Below are positions 58,334 through 64,000 of a stretch of 64,000 nucleotides of DNA, one piece after another (the first letter of the stretch is position 1; every line of letters begins with the position of its first letter). This DNA comes from an uncultured Ignavibacteria bacterium (GTDB taxonomy: Bacteria > Zixibacteria > MSB-5A5 > CAIYYT01). The position numbers and the translations under genes were made by a program. The notes under the pieces were generated by a model. It did not search any database and was not told where the DNA came from. It was given only the letters and a program-made list of their open reading frames with translations. The stretch spans positions 64,001-128,000 of the forward strand of contig CAZIBI010000002.1 of the NCBI GenBank assembly GCA_964537215.1, written 5' to 3'.

Positions 58334-59977
58334 TTAAGTTCGTAACGGCAACTTAATAATGAATTTTGTCCCGCGTGACGGATCGCTGTCGACAGTTATC
58401 TCGCCGTTGTGTTTCTTAACGATATTATAGGATATCGATAGTCCCAAGCCGGTGCCGACGCCGACACCTTTTGTCGTGAAGCCCGGATCAAAGATCTTCG
58501 CCAGATGTTCCTTGCGAATTCCAACGCCGGTGTCTTCAATTTCCACCCAAACCCATTCGCGATCATTTCGTGTAGTGATTGTCACGCTTCCCCGGTCGGG
58601 AATCGCTTGCGAGGCATTGACGAGAAGATTCATGAACACTTGGTTGAGTTCGTTGGGGAAGCACAAGATTGCGGGCACGCCGCCGTAGCGCTTGATAATC
58701 TCGATGCGGTTTTTGAATTCGTGATGTACCAGCGTCAGCGTTGTATCAAGACCTTCCTCAATATTAGCGCGTTGAAAATCAGCCTCATCCAGTCGCGCAA
58801 AACTCTTCAAGCTCCTCACAATATGCGCAATCCGCTGGCTTGCTGTCGTCGTGATAATCGTATTTTCGTCCAGTACTTTGAACAGCTTCTCAAACTCCGG
58901 TCCGCTCATCGCGCTGCGAACTAACTCATTGGACATAACCAATTCGCGCAGCTTGACTACGGCGCGTCGGGCATTGTCTGCCGAGGAATTGACCGCCCCG
59001 ATGGGATTGTTGATTTCATGCGCAACACCGGCGACCAAATTGCCCAGCGATGCCATCTTTTCCTTCATGATCAACTGTTGCTGCGCCTCCTGCAACTGCG
59101 TCAGCGCCATCTGCAATTCGGCATTCTGCGACCGCAGCGCTGCTTCCTGTTCCTCGGTCTTGGCTCGGGCAGCGCGCAAGGCGCCGGTCATACTGTTAAA
59201 TGAAGTCGTCAATTGCCCCAGCTCGTCCTGCGACTTGTGTTCGAGCTGCACCGACAAATCACCCTGGGCGACTTTTCCGACGGCGCTGGACAACTGCTTG
59301 ATTGGAATCGTGATCAACCGCACGGTCACAAACACCGCGAGCGCCGAGACAATGAGCGTCGCTATGAAGATGTTCTGCGCTACCCGTTTCGCCGTAGCAA
59401 ACGACTCTTCTGCCAGAACCGCCGCTTTCTGCGAATCGCGTGTGTTGACCGCAACCAATTCTTCTAGATCGGTCCGGAATTCGTCGAACACGACGCGCGC
59501 CTCGCCATTCAAAAGTTCAACCGCTTCAACGATGTGATCCTCGCGCGAGAGTCGGAAGAATTCCAAACTCAATTCCTGATACGAATCCCATTTGCTATCG
59601 AAAGCCTCAAACAGCGCCCGCTCTTCTTCGGAGTAGAGGTTCTGCGCAATCGCCTGATTCCGCAACTTTTCGTAAGCATCCAAATTTGCGCTGATTTTGT
59701 CAATCAGCACGACAATCCGGTCCGCTTGCGATACGCGTTGACTCTCGCTGTCCGAGAAAATCAACTGCAGCTGATTCTGCCGCAAATCGGTGGTATTGAG
59801 ACTTATCTCCGAGATCGTGATCGCGCGGGGAAGCCAACTATTCGTTACGTCGTCGATCGACTCTTTCAGTCTGAATAACTGATAGAACGACGAAAAATTC
59901 GCAATCGCCAACAGGGCAAGAACACAGACAAAACCGATCGTCTGTTTGACGCCGATTTTCAGGTCCTTTAATTTCAT
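58334..59977 (-). CDS. Sensor histidine kinase (periplasmic 4-helix-bundle-like sensor, HAMP, HisKA, HATPase_c).
   Basis: Two TM segments. The H-box is LVAGVAHEINNPIG, the N-box is VFMNLLVNASQA and the G-boxes are DTGVGI...GTGLGLSI. Confidence 0.85.
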   Translation of the reverse strand: MKLKDLKIGVKQTIGFVCVLALLAIANFSSFYQLFRLKESIDDVTNSWLPRAITISEISLNTTDLRQNQLQLIFSDSESQRVSQADRIVVLIDKISANLDAYEKLRNQAIAQNLYSEEERALFEAFDSKWDSYQELSLEFFRLSREDHIVEAVELLNGEARVVFDEFRTDLEELVAVNTRDSQKAAVLAEESFATAKRVAQNIFIATLIVSALAVFVTVRLITIPIKQLSSAVGKVAQGDLSVQLEHKSQDELGQLTTSFNSMTGALRAARAKTEEQEAALRSQNAELQMALTQLQEAQQQLIMKEKMASLGNLVAGVAHEINNPIGAVNSSADNARRAVVKLRELVMSNELVRSAMSGPEFEKLFKVLDENTIITTTASQRIAHIVRSLKSFARLDEADFQRANIEEGLDTTLTLVHHEFKNRIEIIKRYGGVPAILCFPNELNQVFMNLLVNASQAIPDRGSVTITTRNDREWVWVEIEDTGVGIRKEHLAKIFDPGFTTKGVGVGTGLGLSISYNIVKKHNGEITVDSDPSRGTKFIIKLPLRT

Positions 59978-60026
59978 CGGTAATTATCCCAGTTAGGGAT
60001 GGATTTTGTGAGGAGCCACTACGGCG

Positions 60027-60494
60027 CTACTTTGTCTTTGCGCCATTCTCTTGTTCAATTATTGCCAGCGTCTTTACTGTGTCTGTAACTGCACTGCGCG
60101 AGATAAACCCGATCGCTCCGGGCGTCGCGGCAACTTTACGCAACATCTCGGCTTCCGAATCCACCGCTTGCGGCGGATCTCCCTCTCCGGACAACATGCG
60201 CTTCATCCAGACCGATTTCATCCGCGACGGACTCTTGCCCAGGTACTTGTAGAAAGTCTCTTTGATCTCGCCCGCCGGTTTGAGATCCATCACGATCACC
60301 GGCTTGCCGTCGCTCCAGTTTTTGACATCACCGGAATAGATGTCCAACAGCTTCGTCTTATTTAGTTCCTTCTCCGGTACGGACGGATGCGCAATCACGG
60401 CCACGCTGTCCGCAGCCAATATCGCCGGCGTCAGTATCGCGCAACCCAGCGCAAGCGCCAGAACAATCAATATGTTGATGCGATCTCTTCTCAT
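60027..60494 (-). CDS. Small secreted periplasmic-binding-protein-like protein (phosphate-binding/PBP_like_2-related).
   Basis: Signal peptide, ~155 aa. ...TPGAIGFIS... resembles the PstS family C-terminal motif. Confidence 0.4.
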   Translation of the reverse strand: MRRDRINILIVLALALGCAILTPAILAADSVAVIAHPSVPEKELNKTKLLDIYSGDVKNWSDGKPVIVMDLKPAGEIKETFYKYLGKSPSRMKSVWMKRMLSGEGDPPQAVDSEAEMLRKVAATPGAIGFISRSAVTDTVKTLAIIEQENGAKTK

Positions 60495-60499
60495 ATTGC

Positions 60500-61702
60500 C
60501 TACAAGAACACCGAAATTGCCGCGGCAAAATAATTGAACCTGTATTCGACTTCTGAACCTTCGAAATGATAATCTTGCCGTACCGGTGCGACTTGGACCT
60601 TGATAACGATCTTATCCGTCACCGTGTAAGCCCCGCCAAAAGTCGGAGTTGCCAACTTGTAATCCGAATCCGCTGTGACTGTATCGATGCTGCCGAAAAC
60701 GCCCTCGATCTCTTCGGCTCTGAAGAAACGCTCCTTTGCCAGCCAATAGCTCCCGTAAATGCGAATATTGTCGGTGACGTCATAAAAGAGAGTCGCGTAA
60801 TAGAACTGCAAATCGATGTCGTATTTGCCCAGGCCCTGTTCGTAATTGACTTTGATAAACTCGCTCTCCAATGCGAAGTCGCCGATAGCATAGCGCAAAT
60901 CGCCGCCGATGCGAACGCGCGGCACGCGGCTTACGACGTCATCATCTTTTAATAAGGTTACAACGGTCTGGGGAAAATCAAATTTATCATACGTCGCCGA
61001 AAAACCGATATTGAATTCCCGCGCCCGCAATCCAACTCTCCCGCCAACTAAAAATGTATTGGTGGTGTCGACGCCGGTCTGTCCGTATCTGCGATCGCTG
61101 TTGATGTTCGGGCTGTTGCCGACATACAGCGCGTAATCCAACTTCGCGCCGCCTTTCGGCAGGTATCCGAAAACTTGCACGTATGCCCGGGACGGGAGAT
61201 ATTCCTCGAGCCGCAGAATTTCATTGAACGATGATTCATACACAAGCGGCCGGATAACGTACGGCATCAAGGGTGTGCGATTTTTGATCTCATTGAGATA
61301 GTTGAACGTCGGCGTCTGCAGTCCGAGTCGTAAGTTCAACCCGGTCCCGACATGATACCGAATCCACGCTTCTTCGACACTGAACGAGCCCCATTGTTTA
61401 CTCGATGAATAATTGTTCAAAAACTCGAAATTGACAAACGCCGTCAAATCACGGTCAAGGTCCTTTTGCATGAACAGATTAAGCTGCTGCATTGAAAAAG
61501 TCTTGGCGTCCTTGAACCCTTCCTCAAGCTGATTGTATTGAACGTAGTTCGTTTGAAAATATCCAAACAGCCGAAGCGGCGCCTCGCCCTGTTGAGCCGA
61601 AATTTCGGTGTGAAATCCGACCAGACACAGCAGCGTCCAAATCGCGGTAGCCGGAACTAACTTGAGATTTGCTCGGTGAAAATTCTGTCTCATTCTCTTC
61701 AT
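60500..61702 (-). CDS. Outer-membrane beta-barrel porin-like protein (possibly phosphate-selective, Porin_O_P-like).
   Basis: Signal peptide. Alternating amphipathic beta-strand pattern with aromatic-rich strands. Sits in a PstS context. Confidence 0.4.
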   Translation of the reverse strand: MKRMRQNFHRANLKLVPATAIWTLLCLVGFHTEISAQQGEAPLRLFGYFQTNYVQYNQLEEGFKDAKTFSMQQLNLFMQKDLDRDLTAFVNFEFLNNYSSSKQWGSFSVEEAWIRYHVGTGLNLRLGLQTPTFNYLNEIKNRTPLMPYVIRPLVYESSFNEILRLEEYLPSRAYVQVFGYLPKGGAKLDYALYVGNSPNINSDRRYGQTGVDTTNTFLVGGRVGLRAREFNIGFSATYDKFDFPQTVVTLLKDDDVVSRVPRVRIGGDLRYAIGDFALESEFIKVNYEQGLGKYDIDLQFYYATLFYDVTDNIRIYGSYWLAKERFFRAEEIEGVFGSIDTVTADSDYKLATPTFGGAYTVTDKIVIKVQVAPVRQDYHFEGSEVEYRFNYFAAAISVFL

Positions 61703-61771
61703 GGGGAATAGCTTAAGTCAAAACTGTCGTTCGCGCAACACCCTTTTTGTGACCAGATTGAGTCCACGAAA

Positions 61772-62563
61772 CTAGTAGGGTTTTCGCGTCAATCGAGTCT
61801 CGATGATTTCATCAACCAGTCCGATTCCATTGAAGTAAGTGTAACTTGTATACTGCACATCGTGGGCGACTTGCCTGACTCGAATCAACCCGGCATCCGC
61901 GAAATATTCTGTCATTTCTGTGCCCGGCAAATTCTCCCACAGCCAGTCAATTGCGTAACACTCGAAACTGCCTGCCGGCACGTTTTGCTCGCCGATCCCA
62001 ATGACACGCTTGTAAATCGCCCCAGCCGGTCCATAGCCGAATCCGTTCGTGTATTCCCATTGCAGTCCCTCTTGGAGCGGATATTCCAAACTCTTGCGCG
62101 CCAGAATCTCCTGTGGTTCGGCGCTCTTTGAAACTCCGGTTGGTTTGAAGAGCAAAATCGGAGAACCCGTCGACAAGTCAGTGTAATGATAGAGGCCGTC
62201 CGTCCGGTTCCCAAAGTACTGGTAGCTTTCCGATATCAGCGAATCACCTTCGCTAAGCACTTCATGGACGACATGTACAATCGCGCCGTCGTCAAGCGTA
62301 TCCGGTCCGACAACAGTCACGGTTATGTAATACAGCTTCAGCGTATCAGTCGGAACTTCGGTAATCGAATCGCCGTCGGGACGGAAATTCGTAATGTGCA
62401 CCTCGCGCTCATACTGCCAGCTATACCCGTCAGTGAGCGGAAAGCGCAAATCGCCGTTGCAGTTCAAAGTGCACTCGTCGCTTGAACATGATAGCGATAA
62501 CGTCGCAGCCAGCATCGCAACTATGATTGCCGCACCAATTCGTATGACCTTCTGTTTATTCAT
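61772..62563 (-). CDS. Hypothetical lipoprotein.
   Basis: Lipobox LSLSCSS follows MNKQKVIRIGAAIIVAMLAAT. Confidence 0.45.
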   Translation of the reverse strand: MNKQKVIRIGAAIIVAMLAATLSLSCSSDECTLNCNGDLRFPLTDGYSWQYEREVHITNFRPDGDSITEVPTDTLKLYYITVTVVGPDTLDDGAIVHVVHEVLSEGDSLISESYQYFGNRTDGLYHYTDLSTGSPILLFKPTGVSKSAEPQEILARKSLEYPLQEGLQWEYTNGFGYGPAGAIYKRVIGIGEQNVPAGSFECYAIDWLWENLPGTEMTEYFADAGLIRVRQVAHDVQYTSYTYFNGIGLVDEIIETRLTRKPY

Positions 62564-62655
62564 CTACTTGGTTATATACAATATAGTCGCGCACGAAGCA
62601 CAAAAAAACGCAGGAGCGCCCCCTGCACTCCTGCGTTCGCTGATTTCAAAGTCCG

Positions 62656-63525
62656 CTACTTAAGCGGGAAATAGCCCACTTCCGAAACGACCTTTTGGCC
62701 TTCTTCCGACAACACGAAATCCACGAACTTCTTGATTTCGCCGCTCGGCTTGTTGCGCACATACCAGAACAAGTAGCGCGATAGGGGATAAGCACCCGAC
62801 TTGACATGTTCCAGATCCGGCTTGTACGCTGGCGCCGCTGCATCCGCTTTCATCGCGCAATACTTTACACCCTTGGCGTATGCCGCACCGCCATAACCAA
62901 TACCTTGCTTGTCTTTGGCAATCGCATTGACAATCGCCGCCGTACCGGGAAGCGTCTGCACTTGCGGTGCAAAATCCTCGCCCTTCAAAACTTCGTCCTT
63001 GAAATACACGTACGTTCCCGAGCTATTCTCGCGGCCGTACACGATGATTTTGGCATCCTCGCCGCCGACTTCCTTCCAATTGAGGATTTCGCCGGAGTAG
63101 ATTGCCGCCAGCTGATCCATCGTCAGTTCACTGACCGTATTGGCTTCATTCAGATAGACCGTCAATCCGTCACGAGCGACCGGAATCTCCACGCCCGGAA
63201 CGTTGAACCGTGCCTTGAGACTTTGCGTCTCTTTCGGTTTGATTGGGCGCGAAGCCTCGCAAATGTCGGTCGTCCCGTTGATCAACGCCGCGAACCCAAC
63301 ACCCGAGCCGCCGCCTGTTACCTGAATCACGCTTTCGGGATTCTTCGCCATATATGTCTCCGCCCAGCGCTGTCCCAGAATCACCATTGTGTCAGAACCC
63401 TTGACAGTCACTCTCTCCGCAGCGCGAAGGTCGGCGGTCAGAGGGGCGAAAAGTATCGCCAGTATCGCGGCCAGTAATCCAATTTGCTTGAATATGCTAA
63501 GTTTGTTCATTCTCTTCTCCTTCAT
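62656..63525 (-). CDS. pstS: Phosphate ABC transporter substrate-binding protein (PstS family).
   Basis: VKGSDTMVILGQRWAETYMAKNPESVIQVTGGGSGVGFAALINGTTDICEASRPIKPKE is the PstS/PBP_like_2 core. Confidence 0.7.
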   Translation of the reverse strand: MKEKRMNKLSIFKQIGLLAAILAILFAPLTADLRAAERVTVKGSDTMVILGQRWAETYMAKNPESVIQVTGGGSGVGFAALINGTTDICEASRPIKPKETQSLKARFNVPGVEIPVARDGLTVYLNEANTVSELTMDQLAAIYSGEILNWKEVGGEDAKIIVYGRENSSGTYVYFKDEVLKGEDFAPQVQTLPGTAAIVNAIAKDKQGIGYGGAAYAKGVKYCAMKADAAAPAYKPDLEHVKSGAYPLSRYLFWYVRNKPSGEIKKFVDFVLSEEGQKVVSEVGYFPLK

Positions 63526-64000
63526 TAGTCAATCGAAAACTGTAACTGCAGGGTGAACCGATTGTCATCGATGTCGCCGTCATACTTGGAAAACACTGAT
63601 CCATCCTTCAACGTGCGGAACATGTCGTATGCCGCGGTGATCTTTACATACGAATCCCAGAAGTAGTGCACTGCTATCGAGGTCGTACCCACCGCATCGT
63701 TAGAAAGTACCGCCAGTTTCGCCGGGTCGGCTTCCGCATAATCATTGTGCACATTCGGGTCGAAGAAATCATATCTAATCGCTGCGCCGAATTTGGTGCC
63801 CAGACTTTGCGACAACCACAGGTACCAGCCCTTGCTGACTCCCACTTGGTCCGAGGCAGACTTGAGGTAGTCTTCGCCATAATAGAACTCGCCGCGAAGT
63901 GCGGTTCCACCAACCGGCAGTATGTCGAAATACGCTTGTGCATCCAGTCCGTAGCGCGTCTTGTCGGTATTGACCGCCAAACCCGCTGCCTTGGCAGCAA
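63525..64000 (-). CDS. Porin-like outer-membrane protein, 5'-partial (continues beyond the window end).
   Basis: The C-terminal beta-barrel-like segment ends ...RFTLQLQFSID. The frame is open upstream of the first listed start codon. Confidence 0.35.
   Translation of the reverse strand, partial: AAKAAGLAVNTDKTRYGLDAQAYFDILPVGGTALRGEFYYGEDYLKSASDQVGVSKGWYLWLSQSLGTKFGAAIRYDFFDPNVHNDYAEADPAKLAVLSNDAVGTTSIAVHYFWDSYVKITAAYDMFRTLKDGSVFSKYDGDIDDNRFTLQLQFSID

Noticed and set aside
1-64000. CRISPR arrays, rRNA genes, IS elements with terminal inverted repeats
   Set aside because: No regularly spaced short direct repeats, no rRNA-like conserved stretches and no transposase ORFs were seen.

Overview
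This 64 kb window looks like a moderate-GC bacterial chromosome segment. A giant protein carrying a T9SS-type C-terminal sorting domain sits next to a PEP-CTERM protein, which suggests an FCB-group-like or candidate-phylum organism. Three blocks are visible. (1) Positions 1-14500 are an accessory, mobile-element region. It starts with a 5'-truncated unknown ORF. Next comes an RloC/PrrC-like AAA_13 ABC-type ATPase (zinc-hook CxxC, C-terminal R-x3-E...H motif) flanked by two ~200 bp imperfect direct repeats. One repeat is the genuine 3' end of an adjacent large serine recombinase gene; the other is a degenerate copy of it. Downstream lie an HTH/small-ORF/RuvC-like operon, two Replic_Relax-family paralogs flanking a GC-rich nested palindrome, an ORF-free 0.75 kb region with promoter and terminator signals, a split FtsK/TraD-like P-loop ATPase, an Xis-like HTH and a tyrosine integrase. 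The integrase ORF reads into a tRNA-Leu(UAA) gene at 14412-14497. (2) Positions 14.5-57.3 kb are a large extracellular-polysaccharide locus of the PEP-CTERM/exosortase-associated type. It encodes a cytoplasmic BY-kinase at one end and a Wzz/GumC-like chain-length determinant at the other, a Wzy-like polymerase and a Wzx flippase, WecB, a DegT aminotransferase and GT2/GT4 glycosyltransferases. It also has three NodB-type deacetylases, a CapA-like protein, two tandem CapK/PaaK-like adenylate-forming enzymes, three FemAB/CelD-like acyltransferases, a methyltransferase, a PEP-CTERM protein, the 1908-aa beta-helix/repeat protein, and a NadE-like/ACP/acyl-CoA ligase/AsnB-like module. (3) Positions 57.3-64 kb hold an orphan sensor histidine kinase, PstS-like binding proteins and porin-like outer-membrane proteins. 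No CRISPR array or rRNA was seen. The most novel-looking features are the recombinase-repeat-flanked RloC-like cassette with its recurring site motifs, and the nested palindrome between the Replic_Relax paralogs.
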